A stretch of DNA of 64,000 nt from Podarcis pityusensis. Its lineage: Eukaryota. Each line of letters begins with the position of its first letter. Position 1 is the first letter of the stretch. Positions 50,014-62,390 of this stretch are shown in pieces. The stretch lies in the NCBI GenBank assembly GCA_964106645.2, contig OZ067043.1; one strand, given 5' to 3'. The translations under genes and the position numbers were made by a program. The notes below the pieces were generated by a model. That model saw only the letters and a list, made by a program, of their open reading frames with translations. It was not told where the DNA came from and ran no database searches.

Positions 50014-50573
50014 CAGGAGTGGAGAATGGGATCCAACCGATGGGTCAGATTCTTAAAGCCTCCACCCACAACAGAGCAAGTTTGACAGGACCACCCACCG
50101 GTCAGTCACCTGGAATCATAATGATGTCAGGCGGCACCTGTTGAACTTCAATGGAGGTAGCTGTAACAAGCAATTGGCTGATCAGTGGTTTGAGGATTTC
50201 CCTTTGAAGAAGAAAAAATGTTACATTTTAAAATGGAGCGTTTCCCACTCTACAGAGGAAATAGTTTCAATCCAAACTGCTTTCCCTGGCCCTCTTGGCT
50301 GCATTAGGGAATTTCTACCAGTGCTTCCTGTGAGCCCCAGTCAGCTGATTGGTCCTGATAGGGAGTCCACCTTGCAAAGGACCCATTGGTAGCTCCCTAT
50401 AAGCTCCCACTTCTTCCTTTGAAGCCATGTCTGTACCTGCCCCACATCTGGCATCCCATATGATGTCAGCTGCAGGGCAGGCAGGTGTGATTTGTGGGAA
50501 ACATCCTCACAGTCCAAATTGGGACCTGTGCCATACCTAATTAGGCCTGTGGGCTAGAGGTTCTCCACTCCTG
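50014..50573. mobile_element. hAT-Charlie-like non-autonomous transposon
   Basis: Perfect 13-bp TIR caggagtggagaa / ttctccactcctg, flanks ctttaaag/gtttaatg. Confidence 0.8.
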
Positions 50574-50690
50574 GTTTAATGAATCAGGGCAAGGGCTCAT
50601 TCTATAAAAATCTGAGTAATTCATCCACACTTGCTTATCACTTCATTACCATTTTGACTAGAACTTGACACTGAGCCAGTTTGGCAAGTG

Positions 50691-50811
50691 CAGCCTTTGC
50701 CAGCTTGGTACCTTCTAGATTATTTTGACTAAAACTCTGATTAGCTCCAGCCAGCACAGCTGGGATTTGTAGCCTAAACTATCTGGTGGGCACCAGGTTG
50801 GCAATAGGCTA
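50691..50811. mobile_element. Short palindromic MITE
   Basis: cagcctttgccagcttggtacc / ggcaccaggttggcaataggct. Confidence 0.7.
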
Positions 50812-51332
50812 GTGTTTCAGTTACCTGGTTCTCAGACTCCACTGCTCTGGACCCCAGTGCTCAGAAAATTATGTGAAATGCTCAGCTTCTGAATCTCAAA
50901 ATGCTTCAGTCATGGTTACAGACAAAAAGCTGGGAAATGTGACTGTTAAAAGCTCATAAAGCAGAAAGCAAATAAAAAGGCCTTGGATTTATTAGCTTTT
51001 AAAATCTTGTGATTTTAAAACCACTATTTTTGATTGGGTATAATCTATTGACTTTTGATGGTACAGCAGTCCCGTCGTCAGGCTTTATCTATTGGTGCAA
51101 TTCATTTGCATGCTTGCGATTTCACCCTGGCATCTGGCTGACCACTATCAGAGGCAGAGTAACCTTGCTGTGACCCTTGCCTGTGAATTCTTATGTCCTG
51201 ATTTTTGCTTTTGCTCTAATTAATTCAATTTCTTTTTTACTTCCCCCACTCAAAAGAAAAACTGAGGGTTGCGTTAGATTCAAATACAGTCCTAAAAAAG
51301 GCAAGTTTCCAAATTAGTGTTTAAGAACATAG

Positions 51333-51808
51333 TGCTACATGCTACCCTCAATCTCTGCCAAGCAGTAGCAAGATTCCTGGGTGCTCCAGTTGCTTATGCA
51401 GGGTAGCGTTTCCATTGGGAAATTGAGGCACAGCACAGACGAGTGTTTATAAGGAAAAAAAGGGGTTTTTACACATGTTTACATACAGAGCCTTCAGTGG
51501 AGGGAGTGCAGAACATTATGCCCCAAGAGTATCTCTCATTGCTCCTATCACAGCTTCAGGGAGCTTGGGTTCAAAGTCATGACCCTGGTCTCTTGGTGCA
51601 GCCTCCTCCAGCCACCGCCATTTGGAGTGCTGCTTGCTTCCTCCTTCTTGTTCCCAGTACATCTTGCCAAAAAACCTCTGTGTTGCATCACACCCATGGT
51701 GCCCTTGCAGCCTCCCCCTCAGTTACCTGTAGGGTCTTGTATTTTGTAGGTGGCTTAGTGGCAAGGCCACAATCTCCCTCTGCCCCTCTGTCTGGCAGAA
51801 AAACAAGC

Positions 51809-51839
<31 letters not shown>

Positions 51840-52204
51840 AAGAAGAAGAAGAAGAAGAAGAAGAGGAGGAGTTTGGATTTGATATCCCGCCTTTCACTCC
51901 CTTTAAGGAGTCTCAAAGCAGCTAACAATCTCCTTTCCCTTCCTCCCCCACAACAAACACTCTGTGAGGTGAGTGGGGCTGAGAGACTTCAAAGAAGTGT
52001 GACTGGCCCAAGGTCACCCAGCAGCTGCATGTGGAGAAGCGGAGACGCGAACCCGGTTCCCCAGATTACGAGACTACCGCTCTTAACCACTACACCACAC
52101 TGGCTCTCGTCAGCTGTGTTTAATTCCAGCACCCAATAATCTAGAGGGGGAAAGCCGGCACCCAGGGATCTCGGGAATCCCTGTTCCCCCACTAAACCAT
52201 AACA
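51333..52204. mobile_element. Probable solo LTR inserted into a CR1 tail and itself interrupted by a SINE
   Basis: TG...CA ends (tgctac / ataaca), 4-bp flanks atag/ataa. Removing it restores the CR1 tail taagaacataagaag. Confidence 0.5.
51810..52108 (-). mobile_element. Young MIR/Ther1-derived squamate SINE (Squam3-like) with (CTT)n tail
   Basis: Head gagagccagtgtggtgtagtggttaagagcgg, B-box ggttcgcgtctcc, core gggtgaccttgggccagtcac, long (aag)n on the plus strand. Confidence 0.9.
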
Positions 52205-52727
52205 ATAAGAAGATTCTGCTAGGTGATGCCAATGGCCCATCAAGTCCTACATTCTGTTCTCACAGTAGCCAAACAGATGCTTGTACGAAGCTGGCAAACC
52301 AGACATGAGTACAACAACACTCTGCCCACCCACCATTCCCAGCTACTGGTATTGAGAAGCATAATGCTTCCAACCATGGAAGCAGAACATAGCCAGTATG
52401 GCTAGTAGCCATCAATAGCCTTATGCTCCACAAATTTGTCTAATCCTCTTTTGAAGCCATCCAAGTTGGATGCCATTATCCCTCTAGAACAGATTCCATA
52501 GCTTAACTATGCAGTATATGAAGAAATGCTTTCTTTCATCCATCCTGCATCTTCCAACCTTCCAATATCTCTGCATTCTACTGTTACGAGAAAAGGAGGA
52601 AAACATCTCTCGATCCTCTTTCTCCGTGCCATGTATAATTTTATAAACTGGTATCTTGTCACCTCTTCCTACTCACCTTTTCTCTAAACTAAAAGGCATC
52701 AAATGCTTCAAAGCTTTCCTCATAGGT
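52205..52727 (-). mobile_element. CR1 LINE ORF2 C-terminus and 3'UTR
   Basis: Minus strand YEE...SLEKR...RGDKIPVYKIIHG; 3'UTR ggcccatcaagtcctacattctgttctcacagtagcc. Confidence 0.85.
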
Positions 52728-54212
52728 GAGTCATTTGTTATGTTAGCTACACTTGGGAAGGCTCATAAGCGCTACATTTTTGAAAACAAACAAGCATCAG
52801 GCTGCATTCACAGCAACCTGTTCATAGCACGAAAACAGAATCATTCTTAATACAAAATTGTTCATGTTCATCTTCAACATGCTGCTTTCAATTTGGATTG
52901 ATTCTAGATCCTGTCTTCCTTCCCTTCACATGTCCCAGGGGAAGGGAGCGAGAAGTAGTGACTGTGAAGTATATGGCCACCGTCAGTGTCATTGAGCAGA
53001 TGTGGATACACCCCAATTACTGGGACCACCTACATTTGTTTTCAAATGGACACACTGCAAAGTAATGCAATATCAATCTGCAATGAGCTTTTTTTTTTAA
53101 AATAAAACAGCATTTTCAATAAGCAGTTTGCAAGGGCAAAATATATGCAATAGATCTAAAATGTGTGTGGACTTGCATAGAAAAAAACAAATACTGTCTC
53201 TATTGATTTTAGAGTAAAATGTTGTGTGTACGCAGCCTTAGTATTAGAGGATCTCAGAAATTAAACTGGGAAGTGGAGCTCAGTTCTTGACTTATTAGGA
53301 GTTCTGTGACAAGTCAAGTGAGTATCTTCTTTAATTAAGGATATTTCCCAAATTTTGGATATGCATTCCTTTAGTGTGCCTGTCAGTAATTTCCCCTTAG
53401 TCTCTGAGACCTTAAGGGGCAAATAAGCTCTGATATAAAAATATAAAATGTCTATATTTTAACATTGGGCTTAAAGGAACTAGGGTCCAGATCTGCGGGC
53501 CAAACTGACTTGGGGACTCAAGGAGATGCATAGGTTTGGGAGAGAAACCTAACAATGAGGAAGGTCATTTCTGGTCTTAAAATAAAACATGCAACAGCAT
53601 AGATTGCATAGTATTGTTAAGATTTATCAGAAGACAGGGAAGGCTCCCCCTCCTCCCTGAGAGAAGGATGGTGGGGACAGGAGAGTGACAAAGTATGCCG
53701 TTCCAGTAGAGTGGGAGATGGTCTGCTTTAGCTCATTAAATACTGCAATAAAATATTAATAGTTATTGTCCCTCTATTTTTTGTAATTATAATCGCAAAG
53801 AAGGATCTGCTGCAACTCACTAATGTATTCCCAGCAGTGGGTTGCTTTTTAATACCGCAGCGGGAGGGTTAGTGGGGAATAGAAACCTTAATATGTGACT
53901 AAGAAAATAGTATAGTGAGGGTAACTAGTACCCCAGCCCTAGATGTTTTTTGTCACATATCTTCCTCCAGCTCAACCAATAGGCAGAGTGAAGCAGTTGG
54001 CTCTGGCATCAGTTGCTTGGGAGTGGCAGTTAAGTATTGAAAGATAGAGCTGTAGTGTCTTGGGCTGGCCAGGCAGCAAAATGCCTGGGGCCAGTCCTTC
54101 TGTCCTCATCATGTGTGTAATCCTAGTTTGTGATATTCTGTTGTTGCAAGCATAGTTAGTGAAGCTGGGGATAAAGTCCCCTTCCTCTTTCTCTGGCTCT
54201 AGAGCTCCCCTA

Positions 54213-54412
54213 TGGGTATCCTATGCATTACAGAAGCGTAGAGCACTGATTTGCATGCAGAATGTTCTGGTTCAATTCCTGGCATCCCCATGTAATGCTA
54301 GGGGAAAGGGGCCCCTTTTTGAAACTTTGGAAAGCTGCTGCCAGTCAGTGCAGACCATACTGAACTAGATGGACCATGAGTCTGATTCAGTACAAGGCAG
54401 CTTCCGATTTTC
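54213..54412 (+). mobile_element. Squam2-like SINE
   Basis: gtagagcactgatttgcatgcagaatgttctggttcaattcctggcatc...gctgctgccagtcagtgcagaccatactgaactagatggacc. Confidence 0.8.
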
Positions 54413-54448
54413 TTTTGAAATGGCATATGGTACCTCCAAGTATTTGAC

Positions 54449-54585
54449 CAGGTGTGGAGAACATTTGTCCTCCAGCTGTTGCAGAACTACAGCTCCCATC
54501 AGCCCCAGCAAGCATAGCCAATGGCCAGGGATGATGGGACTTGTAGTACAGCAACATCTGGAGGGCCAAAGGTTCCCCAGGCCTG
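54449..54585. mobile_element. About 135-bp palindromic MITE
   Basis: caggtgtggagaac / gttccccaggcctg, with an internal inverted repeat. Confidence 0.85.
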
Positions 54586-56924
54586 TCTCTTCAGGGTGGA
54601 GTACCAGCTCTTCTGTCTTTCCTAACCAGACTGTGCCAACTTGTGGAAGAAATTATATCAATGTGCTCTCTTTCCTCTGCTCACAATGGGGGCACTCCAG
54701 GCTCCTAGAATAAGTGTCCAAGGGATCCATTTCTCTGGCTCCTTCACACACTGTTTTTTTAGTTTGTGTTTCATGTATGGTCATGGCCAAAAGTGCTACA
54801 GTAGCATTTCCAGGCTGGAGGAAAATTCCTCCACTGCAGGTGAGGAGAGTACTATATCTCCTATATAAGCTTCTCCTATGTCTAGTTATAAGCACTTACT
54901 TTCATGTTGGCTCAGCAAATCTGGTGGTGCTGTGAAGTTAAGCATCTTTACATGGAAGTTACTTTTACTGGAATAGGTTGGTGAATTTGCATGTGGTGAA
55001 ATTATTGTGTGATGGCTTCAGCAGATACCCAGCCAGCAGCTGAATCCATATCTACCATTCATCTTCCCAAGATAAGTTGAGCTGCAGTATAACTTATAAA
55101 TGTGAATGAGTTGGGAAATATACAGATGACAAAGTGGTTGCACAACAACATCACTATGTGCTAAAGTCCAACATCTATTCAACACACATTCCCAACACAC
55201 TAGTTACTTGGCACTCAGAGTCAGTTCATACACTGGCAGGCGGCCAGATTCCCCCTTCCCCCTTTTTCCTACCCAGATTGCATCATGCTTGTGGCATAAT
55301 GGGTTGTATAAATAGTGTGTCATGAGCACAAATTGCAGTTTTGTATGCTACATTCAGCCAGCGCTAGAAAACTTTGCAGTGGACTGCAAAATCATAGGCT
55401 ATACTCATCATTAATTACTCAGACATCCCATTACCCAGGAGCACAGTGCATCTGGCCATGTGCCAAATGGTGATGCAAATTGACTCCTCGAATAAACATT
55501 GCTTTAGATTGTTGTAGCCTTTTCAGTAGTTCTGAAGTTCCAATCAGTGCTGCACTTCCTTTTTTTTAAACCTCTGTTCTTACAACAGAACAATTTCTGA
55601 CTTGCACATTTTTGTCATGAAATTCCCATTTTGCAGTCCCAGCACATAATAGGGTGCAGGACGGACCTTGCCTCAGGTAGATGTTTGCGAACTCTGTTGT
55701 GCTGTAAGCTACCACTTTGCATGGCTCCATCTCTAAGGCAGGTGAATGATCTTTGCTGACCCCTGCTGGGTATAATACATGTGTGCAAAGCAGGTTATCT
55801 TGCTTGATCTTCAAGCTGTGGTACCATTATCAATTAATTCTGTACCTGCTTTGTATCCTTGTCACTTTTTCCTTTCTTACATCCATGTTGTTTTCTTTAC
55901 ATGTTCCTGCATCTCTGTACTCCTGCCTTCCACCCTTGCCTTCAGAAGGGTTTCTTACTTGCCTTTAATGTTGCTTATTGCCTGCTCCAGATGGGCCATA
56001 TTGACTGAGTTTGGCTGATCCAGTCCCCAGATTCCTTTGTTGTTTCCTCCTTGGACTAATTGGCTTCGAGGCTTCATACCTGCAAGCCCCTTCTACTGAA
56101 GTGGGTCTTGAACATATGACTCGACCTGGCTGAAATTAGGAGTTGAATCCACCTACAGCCTGCCATATGATAAAGCAGTACCTAACTATTCCACAAAATT
56201 GCGGGGTGGGATCTCATCAGCTATTGACATAAAACTGACGTTCATACATATGGAAAAGAACACACATATGTAATACTTTCTTCCTTGCCTAAAAACCCAA
56301 ATGTTGCTCATAATAAGCTGTGTTTTGGAAATTCGATAATTATCATCTCCTCATCTTCTCATGCTCTGCTTGGACTGTGGGGGCAGCATCATTTTCTATT
56401 GCTTTGTTTGACCTGCAGAGGCAGTATATCCATATTTCTTGCAAACTACCCAAAGCTTATTGCTGCCAAGGTTATTTTAGCCTACCTTATTTTGTTTTCT
56501 GACCAGGCTAGCATATCTACTTAAAGGAATAGTGCAGAGTTTCTGCAACCCAGCCGCACATCTCATATCCTGTGTTAAATCCTCCATCCAATATTTACAT
56601 TGTTAAACTTAATGTTGCCAGCATATTCTTGAGGTACTAAGTAGAAAATTCTTAGTTCTTTTATGTGGCCCCTATGTATGCACACTAATCAGCTCTGTGC
56701 CTGTGCAGAGTAAACTTGGCAGAGTAAACTTGGAAACTTCTTCAGTTTTAGCCAGGGAACTGGTGCTTTTTACCTCTTCTTCACAGAAAGGGGAGGAATG
56801 CATGCTTAAAGCTGAGAACCTTCTTGCTCAGTTCTCTTCTAACTGTTGTGTAAGCAAGAGCTTTGGAGAGCACTCTTCAGCATTTAGTCAGTTCCCCCCT
56901 TCTTTTGGACCACAAATTTCCCAA

Positions 56925-57075
56925 TTTGTTTGTTTGTTTGTTTGTCTGTCTGTCTGTTTGTTTGTTTGTTTGTTTGCTTGCGTGTGTGTACAAAAGTTTA
57001 GTTGTCCACATTGTAACAACATTGTCTGTGATGAACTGGCTGCCAGGGCTACTTTGGTGGTGGTGGTGGTGGTGG
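56925..57075. repeat. (TTTG/TCTG)n and (GGT)n microsatellites
   Basis: Read directly from the sequence. Confidence 0.9.
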
Positions 57076-57699
57076 TAATCTCCCCATATTGTCTGGCCAT
57101 GATAGCCATCTATCATAAAACTCACATTTTACCACTGAATTGGAGCAAATGGCAATTGGGTTTTCCACAGGAACAAATAAACCCTGCTTGGACAAGGAGC
57201 TTTAAAGTGCGGACTTTTGCCTGGAAAATGCGGCGCAAAAAGAAGTCTGGATAAGCCCTCAGAGCTGTTCTGTCTGTAAAGGCATGAGTCCAAACTGTGC
57301 TTGCTCAGTGGTTAGGGAAACATATTCTGTGCATGCTCAGAGATACTTTTTCTTTGTTATTACTTCAGGACTTAGCCTTGCTCCAGAGATTGAATCCTGG
57401 CACAAATACATAAAATGTGGCAGCATGATACAAGTCAGCCTGTCTGTATCAGTACATCTGCTGCACCCTCCTCCTCCTTGTTTCCACTTGTTTCTATGTG
57501 AATAAAGTGGTTGGCTTTGCATACTTTCAGTCAAGCACTTTCACATCTCCAGCTACCAATTCTGCCCCCCAAAGGCCTTTTTTTTCAGTAGCTCTTCCCA
57601 CGTGTGTCTGGCTTATTGTACTGAGCAGCCAGTTTCTCCCAGAAAGACCCTGGCCTTGGTTGCAGTATCCGGCAGGCTCACCTGCACAGAAGGTCTGGT

Positions 57700-58405
57700 C
57701 CCATCAGCCAGCAGGCGGAAGAGAAACGGTGGTGACAAGCTGCTAAGCGAGGTGGAATTAGGAGGAATGATAATAAATGTAGATGGTCAGGCGGGAAAAT
57801 AAAATGATCCATCTTTTGCATGTTCGCCAAGGTGGCTGCCCCCTCCCCATGCCCGTTCAATCAGAGCCTGTCAGACCTCCGGCAGCTTGGCATTTTTGTG
57901 AAGAATCTCTTGGCTAAAAATTGTTGTCATTCCTATTTCCTTGTTATCAGTCGTCAGCACCTCGCCAGCGCCCGGAGATTAACGCCGAATCACCGGGCAA
58001 GCATCCATCCCCCAGGAACCTTCTCCATTACGCCAAGCTCAACGGGTCCCTCCCGCCTCACCTCCCCCATCCATCATCTTTAACGCTGACAGCCCAGCAT
58101 AGGCCTCTCAAATTTATCTCGCTGCGTCCTGGGCAGGCTCTATCCGTCAAACCAAGCAGGGCCTCCTCTCTCCCCTGGTTTGTTGGGGGGGAGGAGGAGG
58201 AGGAAGCCGCCCGCGTGAGGGACTCGGGGAAAGATTGGTCCGAGATACACAATTAATCACGGCTCGTATCAATTTGGTTGATTTACTCCCTGGAGAGAGA
58301 AGGGGTGTAAACACGGTGTGTGCAGAGGCAGCGTGGAGACATAATGTGTCTGTCTATAGGAAAAACATTAACAGATCATCCCTGTGGCTGCTGATTGATG
58401 GAGTT
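57700..58405. promoter_or_regulatory. Candidate long conserved non-coding element, CpG-enriched
   Basis: About 700 bp repeat-free, many CpGs, CTGTCA/TGACAG, AATTAATCA, GTAAACA, TGATTGATGG. Confidence 0.6.
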
Positions 58406-58825
58406 GATGGAAGAGGGACAGCCTAGTGCTGGCAGTAGTGACAGACAAGAGGATGCCAAGGTGTTGGTCCCACTTGAAAGAAGTATCCTCTTACCAAAGG
58501 CCACCTCTGCATATAAACTAGGCTCCACTAATCTGTTGAAATTGCTGTCCTGTTCACAGAGGCAGTGTCTCTTTTCCTATTTTTAGGGCCAGGTATGGAG
58601 GGCCCAATTTTAACCGCATAATGTTGCAGTAGCTAATATGGCATCTGGCAGAGAATATATTTGTGTCCCTTCCTATTCTGTCCAGTGGGTTTTCTAGTAA
58701 CATAAATAGCACTCCAATGTTCTGGGGAGGTCATGGAAGGGCATGTTCACACACAACTTTTTCTAGAGTGCTTATCTTCTCTGACAGGTGAAACCCTTGT
58801 ATTTAGAGAAGGAGAGCAAGGAATA

Positions 58826-59067
58826 CAGTGGTACCTCTGGTTACAAACTTAATTCATTCCAGAGGTCCGTTCTTAACCTGAAACCGTTCTTAACCTGAGG
58901 TACCACTTTAGCTAATGGGGCCTCCCGCTGCTGCCACACGGCCGCCGCGTGATTTCTGTTCTCATTCTGCGGTAAAGTTCTTAACCTCAGGTACTACTTC
59001 CAGGTTAGCGGAGTCTGTAACCTGAAGTGTTTGTAACCTGAGGTGTTTGTAACCCAAGGCACCACTG
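58826..59067. mobile_element. Tc1/mariner (Tigger-like) MITE
   Basis: TA TSD on both sides, TIR cagtggtacctctggttacaaac / gtttgtaacccaaggcaccactg, subterminal taacctga repeats. Confidence 0.92.
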
Positions 59068-60056
59068 TATAGGCAAGACAGGAGAGCCTCGCCTAAGAAG
59101 GTGAGAGGGATGAGCTGACAGACATCAGGCTATAGATCCAATAGATTCCCTGAAGAGCTCCACTGTAACAACTTCCAGGGAGCCAATGCTGATATTTTAA
59201 TGGAAAAAATAAATACGTTGGGAGGCATCCACCAACCATGTTCAGTCAGTGCAAGAATTTCCGCTTACGCAATGGAACACCCCCACTCAGTTCTCTCTGT
59301 GCATGCCTCGCGTCCTCCCCAAATTTGCTCCAGAAGATTAAGGGAACCCCCAAGAACTTACTTAAGTGCAGGGTGCAGTGAAGTTTGGAGGCAATCCAAA
59401 AAAAATGCTTCAGATTCTTTTTCCTTGTCACATTGCACTATGGAAAACGAGAACAAACAAGAAAATGTCACTGAATTGACACTGTGGTACTGAAAAGAAT
59501 ACATATAAGATCTGTGTTAAAAACTTAGTTGCATACTTGAAACTAGTTTTTGAGCAAGTGGTAAGTACCTTTTGTCCCCCCTCCCCAATTATATCCTTTC
59601 CTTTTGGGCTAATAGAAAACCAGCCCATTTTCCTGGCCAAGATTCATTGCTTTTCCTTTGCCAGCTGGTGGCCTTGGCACAGTCATCCTGTGCCCCAAAG
59701 TTGCTCACCTTTCACTGTGGTGTTTTCTGGATGTGGCCTTGTTGCCTATGAATGGCCATAATGTAGTATGGGGGAAAGACTGAACTTAGTACCATGCATG
59801 TTGGGCCTAGACAAAAAGAATATTAGGACCAATATGATAGCCTATCTAAATGGATGCCAAGAAGATGAGGAGCAACTGTTTAATACAGATGTTAAATACA
59901 GATATCCCAGATTCACCCACCACCTTGTTCCCTGCTAATTTATAGACTGGCCTTCTTCTGATTTGCCATCCAGTAGAGCTTTTCTGGGTGCTGCAAGGCC
60001 AAATCTGGCCTATCTGGCCAAAAAGAGATGACAGAACCAACAGTAGCTCACTAATT

Positions 60057-60792
60057 TGTTTGCAAAGTATTTTGAGGATAAAATTACTTGCATCTGCCAG
60101 GATCTTGACTCCTCTGTTACAGCAGATGAATCTGTCTAGTTCTGTTGTGTTGGATGAATTTCAGTTAGTAAGAATAAAGGATGTAGACAAGGTGCTCGGA
60201 TTGGTCAGGCTGCCACTTGTACTCTGGACCCTTGCCCCTCTTGGCTGATAATAACTAGCAGAGGGAGGGGACAGCTGGCTGGGCCAAGGAGGTGATTAAT
60301 ACCTCCTAATGAGAGGGGGTGGTCCCTGCCTGCTTGAAGGAGGCTGCGGTAAAACTATTTCTCGAGAAACCCTCACTGGGTTCGGAAAATCTAAATAATT
60401 ACTGGCCAGTTGCCCATCTCCCATTCTTGGGCAGGGTTCTTGAGTGATCCAAGTGCTCCTGGATTAAACTGATTTTCTAGGTCTATATCAATCAGGGTTT
60501 AGGCCCAGTTTTAATTCTCTTTAACCTCTCAGCAGTTTATGAAACCATCAACAATGATATCCTTCTGGAGAGGCTATCTGAATTATAGGTGGGTGGCACT
60601 TCTTTGCAGATGGTTGTTTCCAGAGCATGATGCTTGAGGAGTGCTCTTTGACCCTGTGCAGCCTTCAGGGTTCAATTTTATCCCCCATAATGTTTAACAT
60701 CTACATAAAACTGCTGAGTAGGTTCATCTAGAGTTTTGTAGTATGTTGTCAGCAATATGCTGATGACACACAGCTCTATTTCTCCTTTACAC
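60057..60792 (+). mobile_element. L2 LINE RT fragment with internal deletions
   Basis: FAKYFEDKI...CTLDPCPSWLI...NYWPVAHLPFLGRVLE...PQGSILSPIMFNIY...QYADDTQLYFSF. Confidence 0.9.
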
Positions 60793-60907
60793 ATGCTTCC
60801 TTCCAAACTTATTTGTGCATAATAGCTGGTAGTGAGTGTACACCCAACGCACAGTGTGGTATAGATTCTGTGTGTGAGTTGTGCATTAGTGCATAAGCAG
60901 TGTAAAG

Positions 60908-61045
60908 CTGATGTGGCGAACCGTTGGCCCTCTGGATGTTGCCGAACTACAGCTCCCATAGTTCCTGGCCATTGGCCATGCTTTCTGGGGCAAATGGAAG
61001 CTGTAGTTCAGCAACACCTTGAGGGCCAAAGGTTTCCCACACCTG
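60908..61045. mobile_element. About 135-bp palindromic hAT MITE
   Basis: Perfect 8-bp TSD gtgtaaag (60900-60907, 61046-61053). Confidence 0.88.
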
Positions 61046-61100
61046 GTGTAAAGCCACGTCACCCATCAAACACACCAATTGTAAGGAGTTACCATTTCAA

Positions 61101-61250
61101 AGAATCATAGTACAGTATTGTAGAGCTGGAAGGGACCACAAGGGTAATTTAGTCTAACCCCCTTCATGCAAGAATCTTTTGTCCAACATAGGGCTCAAAG
61201 CCATAACCCTGAGCTTTAAGAGTCTCATGCTCTACCAACCTGAGCTATCC
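61101..61250 (-). mobile_element. tRNA-Lys-derived SINE with CR1 tail
   Basis: Same family as 38556-38698. Confidence 0.78.
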
Positions 61251-61299
61251 TGGACAGAGCTTGCAGATCATAATGAGTGAAACTCCTGCTTTGCTGGTC

Positions 61300-61800
61300 C
61301 AATTCTGCTCCAACTGAATATCATTGTCAAATATTCCTTTACTTCCCCGCATTGTCCTTAGGCAGATCTGGAATTGCTTTTGCAATAGCTTCTTTTTATT
61401 CCTCTCTCTTCCCCCCCTCCAAGGTTAATCATGCCTGGAGAGTTTTTTGTTTTCTTTTATTTTTGTGGAAACGATCCATAATTTTGTAGTGGCTGTTTCA
61501 AATATATATACGAGCTGATTTTTTACAGCTCATTTTTATCACCTTTTTATTATCTTGGGTCAAAAGCTTTACTGGGTTGTATTCAGGGAATTATGCAAAC
61601 TAAGAGAAAATACCATAGCAAAACTATAGATTTTCTCATTAAACTCTGCTTGGACATGTAGTTATTGTAGTAAAATTCTAGTAACTATTACGGTGCCTAA
61701 TATAAAATTATAGTTTGACACCTTGACGCCAGTGGCCCTGCCTTCGGTTCAAATTAACCCCTCCTGTGCTGGAATAAAAGCTGGCTTCTGTGAAAGGAGA
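61300..61800. promoter_or_regulatory. Candidate conserved non-coding element (AT/homeobox-rich)
   Basis: Repeat-free; ATTATGCAAA (POU-like), TAAT clusters, retains CpGs. Confidence 0.4.
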
Positions 61801-62165
61801 TATCCAGTGGCTCCCTGGAGGCCTATGAATGGATTGATCGCAATACTGCTGCCATGTAGAAGCAACCATCTGATTCTTTCCAAGCAGCTACAGCCCTTAC
61901 TCAGCAGCAGGCCAGGCATCTCTTTCTGTATTTGTTTCAGAGGAGGGAGTAGGGCAAGTGGCCTTTAACAAAAGGGATGCTAGTGTTTTTTGGAAAATAT
62001 AGTCTTGATAGGCCATTCAGCTTAGGATACTAGAAGCTGATGCAGCAATCTGCAATACACTTATTCTGGAGCAGTACCACCTGCATCTTCCCTTAACCTC
62101 TAGTCTTGAGACACTGTTAATTTCTACAGTGACCTGGAAGTTGTGCCTTCTGTCCAGAAAACTCT

Positions 62166-62390
62166 GGAAAGCCTGTGTGGTATAGCGGTTTAGAGTGTCA
62201 GACTGAGGAGAACCAGCTTCAGAGCTCTCTTGGTCACAAAGCAGGGCACATTGGGATACTCATCATCTCGCAGCCTCATCTTCTATACAGGGTTGTGGTG
62301 AGAGATAGATGGTGGAGGGGAACCATATATGTTGCCTTGAGCTCCTTGGAGAAAGGGTGGGATATAAATGTAATAAATAAATAAATAAAA
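62166..62390 (+). mobile_element. Old MIR/Squam3-like SINE
   Basis: A-box tgtggtatagcgg, cagggttgtggtgag, L2-type tail gccttgagctccttggagaaagggtgggatataaat(aaat)n. Confidence 0.75.

Noticed and set aside
56697-57254. 185-aa ORF
   Set aside because: Its length comes from stop-free (TTTG)n and (GGT)n microsatellites; non-ATG start; no domain.
58826-59067. Regularly repeated taacctga units suggesting a CRISPR-like array
   Set aside because: These are subterminal repeats of a TA-flanked Tc1/mariner MITE in a vertebrate genome; no spacers or cas genes.
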